A stretch of DNA of 64,000 nucleotides from Ignavibacteriota bacterium. Lineage in GTDB: Bacteria; Bacteroidota; Ignavibacteria; Palsa-1295. Positions 18,650 to 28,282 of the stretch are shown here, in pieces (within the stretch, counting starts at the first letter, position 1; each line of letters opens with the position of its first letter). Both the position numbers and the translations under genes were made by a program. A model generated the notes under the pieces. That model saw only the letters and a list, made by a program, of their open reading frames with translations, was not told where the DNA came from and did no database searches. Location of the stretch: positions 690,133 to 754,132 of the forward strand of contig CAVTNP010000001.1 of the NCBI GenBank assembly GCA_963736195.1, given 5' to 3'.

Positions 18650-19057
18650 ATGGCTGATACTAAAAATACCATGAAAGGCGAGGGAGCACTTTTACGAAGC
18701 TATGCACGTCCGCGCAAAAGTGGAGCACCGGCATGGTGGTTGCAGCGTGTGACGGGCCTGGCACTCGTCGTGCTGACGGTCGGGCATTACATTTTGATGC
18801 ACTACAATCCGGTTAGCGGCCACGATTACGGCGAGACTGCTTCGCGTCTCACCTCACCGTGGTTCAAGGGAATTTATCTCGGTTTTATTACCATCGGAAT
18901 GTACCACGGACTGCAAGGAATTTGGAATATCGTCCGCGATTTTAAGTTGAAGCCCGCCGTTGGCCTCACCATTTTTGGCGTGATCGTGATCGCGGGAGTG
19001 ATCTTTGTCGCCGTGGGATGGAATACGATCCTAACATTCGATCCAATGAAGCCATAA
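18650..19057 (+). CDS. sdhD: Succinate dehydrogenase hydrophobic membrane anchor subunit
   Basis: Three TM helices with a conserved His (GHYILMHYN). It lies immediately downstream of sdhC. No sdhA/sdhB follows. Confidence 0.6.
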   Translation: MADTKNTMKGEGALLRSYARPRKSGAPAWWLQRVTGLALVVLTVGHYILMHYNPVSGHDYGETASRLTSPWFKGIYLGFITIGMYHGLQGIWNIVRDFKLKPAVGLTIFGVIVIAGVIFVAVGWNTILTFDPMKP

Positions 19058-19066
19058 GGCTTTCAG

Positions 19067-19759
19067 ATGTCGTTAAAACAATTCAGGGAAAGATTATTTG
19101 GACCACGCGGCCCAAGATTTGAGTGTCACCTGCGCGAACTGCGGGAGGAGGCCGGTTTGTCTCCCGAAGAATTAGCCGAGCATTGCAAGGTTTCAGTTGA
19201 AACGATTACCCTCATCGAGCAGGCTAAGTATGAGCCATCCGTGGTGCTTGCGGAGCATCTTGCCCGAAGGATGAATACCACAGTGGAATCGCTTTTTACG
19301 GCACTCTCACCAACTGGTGCTGCTTCTGCAGATTTTGAAGAGCGCATCCGCATGCAACTCAGACGCCTCGGCTTATGGTGTTTCTATGGTTTTTTTATTG
19401 TATCCTTGGTCGGAGCAGATATTTTATTCCATCTTAAGAATGAAGAGGATGCCGGAGTCGCGGTGTTTGTGGTATTGTGTTTCTTGACCATTGGTTTCCT
19501 TGTTGGCACCCTTTGGATTCCCGGCTACTGGCGATTTATGAGGCGCAGAAATAGGGAAGGAACCTCGAATCGCATATTCTGGCTTCGAGTGATCGGGAGC
19601 CCATTTCTTTTTGCTAGTATCATGGAAGTGTTCAATGTTAATCATGATCTGACATGGCAGCGACGACTCCTTTCATTTGTGTATTACGCTGTCTTCTGGG
19701 GTGGATGGATGTACTTGCTTGTTTATAGAAAAGTCAAACCTAAGAAAAGTCAAACCTAA
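19067..19759 (+). CDS. XRE-family HTH transcriptional regulator fused to a 4-TM membrane domain
   Basis: N-terminal Cro/C1-type HTH (LRELREEAGLSPEELAEHCKVSVETITLIEQAKYEPS) followed by hydrophobic segments. A 16-bp tandem duplication (GAAAAGTCAAACCTAA x2) lies at the 3' end (19728-19759). Confidence 0.65.
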   Translation: MSLKQFRERLFGPRGPRFECHLRELREEAGLSPEELAEHCKVSVETITLIEQAKYEPSVVLAEHLARRMNTTVESLFTALSPTGAASADFEERIRMQLRRLGLWCFYGFFIVSLVGADILFHLKNEEDAGVAVFVVLCFLTIGFLVGTLWIPGYWRFMRRRNREGTSNRIFWLRVIGSPFLFASIMEVFNVNHDLTWQRRLLSFVYYAVFWGGWMYLLVYRKVKPKKSQT

Positions 19760-19774
19760 GAAAAGTAGTATTTT

Positions 19775-20551
19775 ATGACCCCTCTTACCGAACTCAGAGC
19801 CTATCATATACGCGGCCTTCTGCGCGATGCGCGCGCGCGCCGTGGCGACTCAGAATTTGTGCTCGAAGGTCCGCATTTGCTCGAAGCGGCGCTTGAGAAA
19901 GCCCTGAAGCTCATCGAATACGTCGCGTTCACTCAGGCTGCTATAGTGCGGAATGGCGAGCTAATGGATCACACGGAAAAGCTTGGAATTCCCGTCTATT
20001 CGCTGTCAGCAAAACTTGCGGGGCGCATTTCCGATACACAGGAACCGCAAGGAATTTTTGCAGTATGCCGGATGCCTCGTTCTACTCAATTGCGTGGTAA
20101 CGCCATTCTTGCGCTCGATGGCCTGCAGGACCCTGGTAATGTGGGTACCATCGTGAGAACTGCGGCGTGGTTCGGCGTTCAGAATATTCTGCTCGGCGAT
20201 GGTACTGCCGATCCATTCGCGCCCAAAGTGGTACGCAGCACCCAAGGTGCGATCTTCGATGTGAGTATGGAAACCAGTACGGATCTCACAAAGCGCCTCA
20301 CTGATCTAAAGACCGCCGGATGGAATATTGTAGCTGCATCGTTGGATGAATCCGCACAACCGCTGTTCGATTTTTCCTTTCCGGAAAAAGTGGTAATCCT
20401 GCTCGGCACCGAAGCACACGGGATTCGTCCTGAGCTGCTCGCGATTGCCAACGCGCAAGTTGTTATTCCCAAATACGGTGTCGGCGAATCGCTGAATGTG
20501 GCGCTCAGCTCGGCAATCATCCTAGCAGAATACCGCAGGAGAAATCCGTAA
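19775..20551 (+). CDS. TrmH/SpoU-family RNA 2'-O-methyltransferase
   Basis: SPOUT motifs GLQDPGNVGTIVRTAAWFG, LGTEAHGI and VIPKYGVGESLNVAL. Confidence 0.8.
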   Translation: MTPLTELRAYHIRGLLRDARARRGDSEFVLEGPHLLEAALEKALKLIEYVAFTQAAIVRNGELMDHTEKLGIPVYSLSAKLAGRISDTQEPQGIFAVCRMPRSTQLRGNAILALDGLQDPGNVGTIVRTAAWFGVQNILLGDGTADPFAPKVVRSTQGAIFDVSMETSTDLTKRLTDLKTAGWNIVAASLDESAQPLFDFSFPEKVVILLGTEAHGIRPELLAIANAQVVIPKYGVGESLNVALSSAIILAEYRRRNP

Positions 20552-20583
20552 CCACCCCGTATGGGCACGGCAGGCTCTAAAGC

Positions 20584-21471
20584 TTGCTTCGGCCTGTTTA
20601 CGGGCTGAATTCGATTCCCCCTAAATTCTTGATTCACCCTGTAACCATACCATCCCCATCTGGCAAGTACAGCGTTACCTTCGGCACGTCCGAGCGGTTC
20701 GCAATCATTGCCGGACCGTGCGTGGTCGAAACTGAGGGAGTTCTGCGAGCAGTGGCGGATCGGTTGGTTGATATTCAATCGCAGTACCCCGTGGATTTCG
20801 TGTTCAAATCGTCCTACACCAAAGCGAACCGCACCAGCAGCACCAGCTTTACCGGAATAGGAATGGAAGCGGCGCTTGCGTTACTCGCAAAAATAAGAGC
20901 AGATTACGACCTCCCGATCCTAACCGATGTGCATTCGCCTGAAGAATGCGCAGATGTTGCAGCAGTCTGCGACGTTCTGCAGATCCCGGCATTTCTTTCA
21001 CGGCAAACCGAGCTATTGCACGCCGCCGGAAGAACGGAGCGCGTCGTTCAGATCAAAAAAGGGCAGTTCATGGCGCCGGAAGATATGAAGTTCGCGAAAG
21101 CTAAAGTTACCGAGACGGGTAACGCGCGCGTGCTGCTCTGTGAGCGCGGAACGTTCTTCGGCTATGGCGATCTGGTTGTTGACTTTCGGTCGTTGGTTAA
21201 AATGCGCGAGTTCGGTTCACCGGTGATCTACGATGCAACGCATTCTGTGCAGCGTCCGAGCCAAAATGGGATGAGCGGTGGAAATCGGGAATTCATCTCG
21301 CCGTTAGCACGCGCGGCTATGGCCGTCGGTGTGGATGGTCTTTTCCTCGAAACGCATCCTAACCCAGCCGAAGCATTGAGCGATAAAGAATCCCAACTTC
21401 CGCTCTCCGAACTGGAGCGGCTGATCGAATCCGTGCTCGAAGTTCACAATGCCGTGAAAGGGAATCGTTGA
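20584..21471 (+). CDS. kdsA: 3-deoxy-8-phosphooctulonate (KDO8P) synthase
   Basis: FKSSYTKANRTS, ILTDVH and LCERGTFFGY blocks typical of KdsA. Confidence 0.85.
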   Translation: MLRPVYGLNSIPPKFLIHPVTIPSPSGKYSVTFGTSERFAIIAGPCVVETEGVLRAVADRLVDIQSQYPVDFVFKSSYTKANRTSSTSFTGIGMEAALALLAKIRADYDLPILTDVHSPEECADVAAVCDVLQIPAFLSRQTELLHAAGRTERVVQIKKGQFMAPEDMKFAKAKVTETGNARVLLCERGTFFGYGDLVVDFRSLVKMREFGSPVIYDATHSVQRPSQNGMSGGNREFISPLARAAMAVGVDGLFLETHPNPAEALSDKESQLPLSELERLIESVLEVHNAVKGNR

Positions 21472-21472
21472 T

Positions 21473-22462
21473 ATGGATAGTTTTATTGCCAGTGCCCATA
21501 GGACCTTCGAGATCGAATCTCGTGCTATCCGTTCAAGCCTGGATAAGCTCGACGCGAAAGCGTTCGAGCATACCTGCAAGCTCGTGATGAATGCCAAAGG
21601 CCGAGTGATCGTAACCGGCGTGGGTAAATCCGGACATATCGCCAATAAGATCGCAGCGACGCTTGCCTCCACCGGTACGCCGGCATTTTTTCTCCACCCT
21701 GCTGAAGCTGCCCATGGCGATGTCGGCATGGTACAGCGTGAAGATGTCATTATTGTTCTCAGCAAAAGCGGTGCCTCGGATGAATTGCTGGTGCTTGTTC
21801 CATCGCTTCGCCAGATCGGGGTTCCCATTATTGCAATTACGTTCGCGCCGGAATCAAGGCTCGCGATCGAAGCTCGCGAGAGCGGCGGCGCGATCATGGC
21901 TTTACACCTGGATGAAGAGGCCTGCCCGTACGATCTTGCACCAACAGCCTCCACGACTGCTATGCTTGTGCTGGGCGATGCCCTGGCGATCGCATTGCTC
22001 GAGGCTCGGGAATTTTCCAGCGCGGATTTTGCACGGTTGCATCCGGCAGGCGCACTCGGACGCAAACTGACGTTCTCCGTTGCTGACCTCATGGCGAGCG
22101 GCGATGCACTCCCGCGCGTGCAGAAACATGCCACACTGAACGAGGTGATGATGGAAATGTCGCGAAAACGATTTGGGGCAACCGCCGTAATGAACGGCGA
22201 TCGACTGGTAGGAATCATTACCGACGGCGATCTACGCAGATTTTTTGAAATGCAGGAAACCATCGACACCAGCCTGGTTCGAGCGAAAGATCTGATGTCG
22301 GCAAACCCGCGCACGATCTCCTCCAGTGCGCTTGCGATCGAGGCGCTTCACGCCATGGAGGATCGCACACCAAAGGTCATGCAGCTACTCGTGCATGGCA
22401 GCGACGGCGATCTCGAAGGCATCATCCACATTCACGATATTGTAAAGGCAGGTATTTCTTGA
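21473..22462 (+). CDS. kdsD: Arabinose-5-phosphate isomerase (SIS domain plus tandem CBS domains)
   Basis: SIS motif VTGVGKSGHIANKIAATLASTG and a C-terminal CBS pair. It lies immediately after kdsA. Confidence 0.85.
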   Translation: MDSFIASAHRTFEIESRAIRSSLDKLDAKAFEHTCKLVMNAKGRVIVTGVGKSGHIANKIAATLASTGTPAFFLHPAEAAHGDVGMVQREDVIIVLSKSGASDELLVLVPSLRQIGVPIIAITFAPESRLAIEARESGGAIMALHLDEEACPYDLAPTASTTAMLVLGDALAIALLEAREFSSADFARLHPAGALGRKLTFSVADLMASGDALPRVQKHATLNEVMMEMSRKRFGATAVMNGDRLVGIITDGDLRRFFEMQETIDTSLVRAKDLMSANPRTISSSALAIEALHAMEDRTPKVMQLLVHGSDGDLEGIIHIHDIVKAGIS

Positions 22463-23127
22463 AAGCCGGTTTTTTTGTAGCAGCGCTCACATGCGTCCTT
22501 CTCATCAGTTGTGATGAAGGCCCGAAGGTCATGCCCAGCATCGCAAATGTGCCGGATGTTGGCAAGGATAATCCAGGCCAGGTCAGTTACAATACTTCCA
22601 TGAATTTTTCCGCGAGCGGGATTCTGCGTGCCATCGTTCACGCCGGCCGCGTGGAAACTTTTGAGACCAAGCACTACACCTGGCTTGATAGCGGTGTTCG
22701 CGTCGATTTTTACAACAAGGAGGGTTTGCATTCCAGCGTGTTGACATCTCGAAGTGCGAAGGTTAACACGATCAATAATAATATGACCGCATACGACCAC
22801 GTTCACATCGTCAGTGATTCAGGAACGACGGTCGATACCGATTCGCTGGAATGGGATAACAAATCGCAGACCATCCATTCGGATGCACACGTCCATATTG
22901 TCGAAAAGGACGGTCGCGTGACAGATGGCATTGGTTTCGAGAGCGATCAGAACCTTGAGAATTATCACATTCTGCGTCCAACGATCGTTGCACCGGCCGG
23001 AGCGTTCGAGTCGCACAAATCGAGTGGTAACGATCTGAAGCCGCAAGAGCAAACAGTTCCAGGCGCCGGTGCGATGCAGCAAAAGCCTGTGAATCTCGGG
23101 CTGGATTCAGCCAGTCGCGCAAAATAG
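22459..23127 (+). CDS. Periplasmic LptC/OstA-like LPS export protein (lipoprotein)
   Basis: Lipobox LLISCDE followed by a beta-jellyroll LptC-like sequence. It sits after kdsA-kdsD and overlaps kdsD by 4 nt. Confidence 0.5.
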   Translation: MKAGFFVAALTCVLLISCDEGPKVMPSIANVPDVGKDNPGQVSYNTSMNFSASGILRAIVHAGRVETFETKHYTWLDSGVRVDFYNKEGLHSSVLTSRSAKVNTINNNMTAYDHVHIVSDSGTTVDTDSLEWDNKSQTIHSDAHVHIVEKDGRVTDGIGFESDQNLENYHILRPTIVAPAGAFESHKSSGNDLKPQEQTVPGAGAMQQKPVNLGLDSASRAK

Positions 23128-23215
23128 TACGATTGGAACGTGCAATGTTTTGTTAAGCAGCCACTTCTAAAACACTCCGCCAATAAGGCAACGATATAGG
23201 ATTCCACAACACGAA

Positions 23216-24214
23216 ATGCCAACAACGCTCGTCACCGGCGCTGCCGGATTTATCGGTTCCCACCTCGTCGATGCGCTGATCGAGCGCGGTCATAATGTTG
23301 TCGCGCTGGATGATCTATCCGGTGGCTTTGCCGACAATGTGAATTCTCGCGCCACCTTTGTTCAGGCAAGCTGCGTCGATCACGAGCGCCTCTCGCGGTT
23401 GTTCAATCAATATGCGTTCGATTACGTCTTTCACCTTGCGGCCTATGCGGCAGAGGGTCTTTCACATTTTATCAAACGCTTCAATTATACGAATAACGTG
23501 ATCGGTTCAATGAACCTTATCAATGAATCGGTCAATCATAACGTGAAGCGATTCATCTTCACCAGTTCCATCGCGGTGTATGGAAAGAACCAGCTTCCGA
23601 TGCGTGAAGATCTCACGCCCGCGCCGGAAGACTCCTATGGCATTGCAAAATATTCGGTCGAGCTCGATCTGAAAGCTTCCCACGAGATGTTTGGTTTGGA
23701 TTATGTGATCTTTCGTCCGCATAATGTTTATGGCGAGCGGCAAAACACCGGTGACAAATACCGCAATGTGATCGGGATTTTCATGAACCAAACTCTGGCT
23801 GGGGAGTCATTCACTATTTTTGGGGATGGCGAACAAAAGCGAGCGTTCTCTTATATTGGCGACATCGCGCCGATCATTGCTGAAAGCGCAACGCACGATG
23901 GCGCAAGAAATGAAATTTTCAATGTTGGTGCGGATTCGGTTTACACGGTCAACCAGTTGGCGAACGAAGTAATGAACGCTATGGGAGTGAAGACCGAGGT
24001 TCGTCATCTTCCCGCCCGCAACGAGGTTGTTGATGCGTGGAGCGATCATTCAAAGGTGCAGCGCGTGTTCGGCACCAGCAAAGAGACGCCCCTTTCCGAA
24101 GGGCTAAAACGCATGGCAGAATGGGTTCGCGCAAACGGTCCGCGACAATCAAAACCCTTCGAAGGGATTGAAATTTTGAAGAATCTGCCGCCGAGTTGGA
24201 AAATCCTGGCGTAG
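23216..24214 (+). CDS. NAD-dependent nucleotide-sugar epimerase/dehydratase
   Basis: Rossmann motif TGAAGFIGSHLVDAL and a YxxxK-containing SDR-extended fold (YGIAKYSVE). Confidence 0.8.
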   Translation: MPTTLVTGAAGFIGSHLVDALIERGHNVVALDDLSGGFADNVNSRATFVQASCVDHERLSRLFNQYAFDYVFHLAAYAAEGLSHFIKRFNYTNNVIGSMNLINESVNHNVKRFIFTSSIAVYGKNQLPMREDLTPAPEDSYGIAKYSVELDLKASHEMFGLDYVIFRPHNVYGERQNTGDKYRNVIGIFMNQTLAGESFTIFGDGEQKRAFSYIGDIAPIIAESATHDGARNEIFNVGADSVYTVNQLANEVMNAMGVKTEVRHLPARNEVVDAWSDHSKVQRVFGTSKETPLSEGLKRMAEWVRANGPRQSKPFEGIEILKNLPPSWKILA

Positions 24215-24280
24215 AGTTGTGACTTTTAGGAGTTTTTTGTGTCATGCAACCAATGGCGCTGGTTCCGTCATATTTATTTT

Positions 24281-27200
24281 ATGAATACTCCTCTCGGTCG
24301 CTCTGGAATTTTTGCGGTCTCTAAACACACTCTAGCATCCACCTTTTCTCGGATTCGGACAAGATCGCTTCTTACGCTCGCGGTGCTTGCCTTGCTGGGC
24401 TGGTACTCGATTCGTGAAACGAATGCCCATTCCGGTGGAATAACTGGACAGACCCAAAAGACAACGAATACGGGTTGTTATTGTCATTGCAATGAAGCCC
24501 AGTCAAGCACAACCGTGACACTGGCGTGTTCAAGCGGCTCGTCTCCGCTGACAGCAATTGCCAATACGACCTACGATTTCACGATAACGGTCGCGAACAG
24601 CAGTGAAGTGGATGGTGGATGCGACATAGCTACCTACTCCGGAAACGGTCTCACCGCTGGGTCGGGCTTATATGCCTCGGGTGGCGAACTGACCCACAGT
24701 AGTCCTAAAAGTTTTGGTGGCAATGGATATTGTACCTGGAGCTTCACCTACACTGCCGGGTCATCAGAAGGATGGGATACTATTTACGCGACGGGCAATG
24801 CCGTCAATGGGGATGGCAGCGACGATAATGGCAATTGGGACGATCTGTGGAATTGGGCGCCGAAATTTATTATCCATACCGTTACACAGCCGGTTCGGAT
24901 GTCCCTCAGCCGAACAACGATCGCATTAGGGAAGATTCGGGTGGGTAACCGTGCATCAGATTCACTCACAGTGATTTCGAATGGCGAAGCTGCCATCACC
25001 ATTAGTTCGAGTGGCATGAAGAATGGCGCACCGTTTTCGAGCTATCCAACCACGACAGATCGATCTCTCAATCCCGGTTCCACCGAGATCGACAGCGTGA
25101 TCTTTGCCCCAACCGCGCGCGGCACTTTCTCCGATTCACTGATTTTCATTACCAATTCCGATACGTTGCCGGAGCAGAGGATGGGCGCTTACGTTAGCGG
25201 CCAGGGAATTCAAGCCATCTTCGATGCACCGAACGGCACAAACCTCTCATTCGGGAATCTTCGAGCGGATCGGACGGCACAGCAAACCTTTTCGTTCTCC
25301 AATTCTGGCGATGATACGCTATTTCTCCAAACGCCTTCCATTTCCGGGAGCGGTTTTTCGATCGTGACTGGGCTTTCCACACTTGCGTTCCCTCCAAATC
25401 AATCTGGAAGTGTGGTGGTGCAATTTGCTCCTACGTCGGCGCAATCGTATAGCGGGAGCTTGAGCTTTACCGCTTCGAACGGTGTCTCAGCTCCAACGGT
25501 ATCGCTGAGCGGTACCGGAATACTTCCCCAGATTCAAGTAGCAAATTCCGAAGCGCTGGGCTCGATCCGAGTGGGACAAACCTTGCAAGGTGGCGTTGCG
25601 ATCAAGAATATTGGAACGGATACACTGCATCTTTCCAATATATCGCTCACCCAGCCTTCCTCCCGCTTTTCACTCGGTGGTTATAGCTCTGCTGTCAATC
25701 CTGGGGGTACCGATACGGTGCATCTTTCCTACACGCCGAACGCAGAAAGAGCCGATACAGCAACGCTCACTTTTTCCACCGACGATCCAACAGATTCAGC
25801 CGTAGCGGTCACCATTATTGGCAGCGGAACCTTGCCGCACATGCTGATCTCTGAAAACGGGGACACCGAAAATCTGGGTCAGGTGAAAATATATTCCAGT
25901 GTATTTACTGATATAGCCGTTTCGAATAATGGTGCGGCTGTCCTTCATATAACGAGTGCATCAGCGGGGCCAACTCCTTTTGGTGTCGAGGTAAGTCCGG
26001 ATACAGTCAGCTCCGGCACATCTTCCAATATCCTGGTTGGATTTTCTCCAACGATGACCGGGGCGTTCAACGGAAAACTTGTCGTGCATGGAGACGATCC
26101 GAACAATCCTTCAGATACCGTATACCTAACCGGAACCGGAATTAACAGTGCGCTTTCCATCGATCCAGGCAGTATTAATTTTGGATCGGTTCCTGTACAT
26201 GCCAGCGTGATCGATACTATTATGCTCAGCGATTCCGGAACCGCAAATGTTAATATCTACAACGTACAATTACTTCCATCAGTGGGTGCTTTCGAGATCC
26301 TCGGAGAACCACCTACCGAAGTGACTGCTGGTGGAAGCGCAATCATCGTCCTGAGTTTCAAGCCAGATAGCGATGTGAATTATTCTGGATCGATCACCTT
26401 GACTACTGACGATCCCAGTGCAACCACCCGGACCATTAATATCAATGGCACCGGGATTACCGACCCGTTCACGGTAACACCTTCGATGCTCGATTTCGGC
26501 GAGGTACCTGCTATGAAAAGCGTTACGGATACCATTTCGCTGGACAATGAGGGAACTTCAATAGTGAACATTTCGAAGTATCAGCTTTCTCCGGCTTCGA
26601 GCGTATTTTCTATCGTCGGCACGCCCCCAGATCATGTGAATTCCAATGGGACGGCATCCCTGATCGTACTGTTCACGCCGGATAGTGCCGGCAATTACGA
26701 TGGAGCGATCACGATGACTACTAATGATGCAAGCGATCCCAGCCGCATCATTAGTCTGACAGGCACTGGTATCAAAGGCTCGCTTGCCTTATCTCCAGCC
26801 CAGATCGATTTTGGAACAGTCCCGATTGGGCACGATTCGTCCATTCGGGTAGCCTTGCGCAATGTTGGTTCCGCAAGTGTAACGATCGATTCAGTTGAAC
26901 TGAAAGGAAGCAACCCCAGCGCATTCAGCTATGGCGCATTTTCCGCCCCAACAACATTAGCCGCGAACGACTCGATCTCCTTTAGCGTGAGCTTCGATCC
27001 GACATCATCTGGAAGTTATAGTGCATCGATACGACTTGTTCTCGAAGATGGCACGAAAATAAACTTACCGCTGCAGGGGATTAGTCAGAACACAGCGAGC
27101 GTCTTACAGGATAATGCTGCGTTCGCATCGCTTTCGATTTCTCTATCCCCAAATCCTGCTGGAAATTCCGTATATCTACACACTACGCTCGGTGAGTCTG

Positions 27201-27391
27201 CTGAAGCCGCATTGTCAGTCTTTGATGAGGCGGGCAAAGCCGTGATCGTCCGCTCGCTTGGAATGCTCTCGCAAGGGCAGCATGACATTCTGATCACAAC
27301 CGAATCTCTCTCTATTGGGACCTATTTCGTTCGTTTGAGCAGTGGGAATTTCGCAACTGCCCAGGCAAAATTGATCATCGACAAAAAATAA
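24281..27391 (+). CDS. Large secreted adhesin-like protein with about 8 tandem 'choice-of-anchor D'-like Ig-fold repeats and a T9SS C-terminal sorting domain
   Basis: Repeated 100-aa modules (LxFGxV...DTxxLxNxGxxxLxI...). A C-terminal Por tail ...IGTYFVRLSSGNFATAQAKLIIDKK. Start chosen at MNTPLGRSG (the track ORF begins at 24239). Confidence 0.75.
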   Translation: MNTPLGRSGIFAVSKHTLASTFSRIRTRSLLTLAVLALLGWYSIRETNAHSGGITGQTQKTTNTGCYCHCNEAQSSTTVTLACSSGSSPLTAIANTTYDFTITVANSSEVDGGCDIATYSGNGLTAGSGLYASGGELTHSSPKSFGGNGYCTWSFTYTAGSSEGWDTIYATGNAVNGDGSDDNGNWDDLWNWAPKFIIHTVTQPVRMSLSRTTIALGKIRVGNRASDSLTVISNGEAAITISSSGMKNGAPFSSYPTTTDRSLNPGSTEIDSVIFAPTARGTFSDSLIFITNSDTLPEQRMGAYVSGQGIQAIFDAPNGTNLSFGNLRADRTAQQTFSFSNSGDDTLFLQTPSISGSGFSIVTGLSTLAFPPNQSGSVVVQFAPTSAQSYSGSLSFTASNGVSAPTVSLSGTGILPQIQVANSEALGSIRVGQTLQGGVAIKNIGTDTLHLSNISLTQPSSRFSLGGYSSAVNPGGTDTVHLSYTPNAERADTATLTFSTDDPTDSAVAVTIIGSGTLPHMLISENGDTENLGQVKIYSSVFTDIAVSNNGAAVLHITSASAGPTPFGVEVSPDTVSSGTSSNILVGFSPTMTGAFNGKLVVHGDDPNNPSDTVYLTGTGINSALSIDPGSINFGSVPVHASVIDTIMLSDSGTANVNIYNVQLLPSVGAFEILGEPPTEVTAGGSAIIVLSFKPDSDVNYSGSITLTTDDPSATTRTININGTGITDPFTVTPSMLDFGEVPAMKSVTDTISLDNEGTSIVNISKYQLSPASSVFSIVGTPPDHVNSNGTASLIVLFTPDSAGNYDGAITMTTNDASDPSRIISLTGTGIKGSLALSPAQIDFGTVPIGHDSSIRVALRNVGSASVTIDSVELKGSNPSAFSYGAFSAPTTLAANDSISFSVSFDPTSSGSYSASIRLVLEDGTKINLPLQGISQNTASVLQDNAAFASLSISLSPNPAGNSVYLHTTLGESAEAALSVFDEAGKAVIVRSLGMLSQGQHDILITTESLSIGTYFVRLSSGNFATAQAKLIIDKK

Positions 27392-27415
27392 AGGTACAAG
27401 CCGACAAAAAGTAAA

Positions 27416-27448
27416 GGGGCTCGCCGGTGGCGAGCCCCTTTGTTTTTT
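27416..27448 (+). terminator. Rho-independent terminator (GGGGCTCGCCggtgGCGAGCCCC + TTTGTTTTTT)
   Basis: A perfect 10-bp GC stem followed by a T-tract, 25 nt after the stop of the 1050-aa gene. Confidence 0.7.
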
Positions 27449-27468
27449 CGAAAGTCGAAAATCTTAGC

Positions 27469-28065
27469 TTAGTGGGCTGACTTTCTCACAGCGCCATGAT
27501 GTTGTTCGGGCGCCGGAGCAGCCGCCTTAGCAGCTTCTTTCTTGGCTGGCTCGGCCTTGGCAGCAGGAGCCGCAGCCTTCGTCGTGTCGGCTGCAGGAGC
27601 CGCGGCAAGCTGCGTAATCTTCTGTCCGAGGCTGGTGTGGGCGTCCTGGAGACTCTTCCATTTGTCACTGAGATCGTTGAAATTCGTCCCAAGTTTGGTA
27701 TCGGCATCCTTGAGCGCATCTGCCTGATCGGGTGTAGCATTCATGTACTGCTTCGTGCTATCGACGAGTGCATTCACAGCCGCCATATCGGCCTCATGCT
27801 TGGCAAAATCAGCTTTGATCATGCCGATCACAGTTGTATCCGCACCGGGTTTTTGCGCTGCGGTCGCGAGCGTTGCAGCCCATTGGGTGTGGTCGGTATT
27901 CATGCCGGCCATCGCAGTATTGATCTGGTCAATAAGGGTTTGAGCGGAGGCTTTCTTGGTTGCGTAATCGGTTTCGAGTTCGGTATTACGCTTGCTGCAA
28001 GCCGCCAGCCCAATGGTAAAAGCGGCAATCGTCGCTAAAATGGTCAATTTCCGTAGAGAGATCAT
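27469..28065 (-). CDS. Hypothetical lipoprotein with Ala/Lys/Pro-rich C-terminus
   Basis: MISLRKLTILATIAAFTIGLAACSK lipobox start (the track ORF begins at 28134). The C-terminus is low-complexity: AAAPAADTTKAAAPAAKAEPAKKEAAKAAAPAPEQHH. Confidence 0.5.
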   Translation of the reverse strand: MISLRKLTILATIAAFTIGLAACSKRNTELETDYATKKASAQTLIDQINTAMAGMNTDHTQWAATLATAAQKPGADTTVIGMIKADFAKHEADMAAVNALVDSTKQYMNATPDQADALKDADTKLGTNFNDLSDKWKSLQDAHTSLGQKITQLAAAPAADTTKAAAPAAKAEPAKKEAAKAAAPAPEQHHGAVRKSAH

Positions 28066-28111
28066 GCTAAAATAGTTAGTTTGAGTGAGCAGTTCACAAG
28101 AAGCGTCCGAA

Positions 28112-28179
28112 TTGTGATCGCTCATCCATTGCATGATTGCTCATCTAGCATGATCGCTCATACTGCATGATTGCTCATG
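28112..28179. repeat. Four tandem about 17-bp repeats (G/C)ATGAT(T/C)GCTCAT just upstream of the lipoprotein gene
   Basis: gtgatcgctcat / gcatgattgctcat / gcatgatcgctcat / gcatgattgctcat at regular 16-17-bp spacing. Confidence 0.6.
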
Positions 28180-28282
28180 GTTGGATTAACCGTTCACTCC
28201 CAGAACGCGAATTCCTGTGGTTAGTTGAAAAAATTCTATGCGCGAAACCAAAGAATTCGCTGAAAAGTGCGAATCCGCCGTC

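Noticed and set aside
21304-22314. 336-aa ORF on the minus strand
   Set aside because: It lies entirely antisense to the well-supported kdsA/kdsD genes. It has Ala/Arg/Ser-rich low-complexity composition typical of spurious antisense frames in GC-rich coding DNA.
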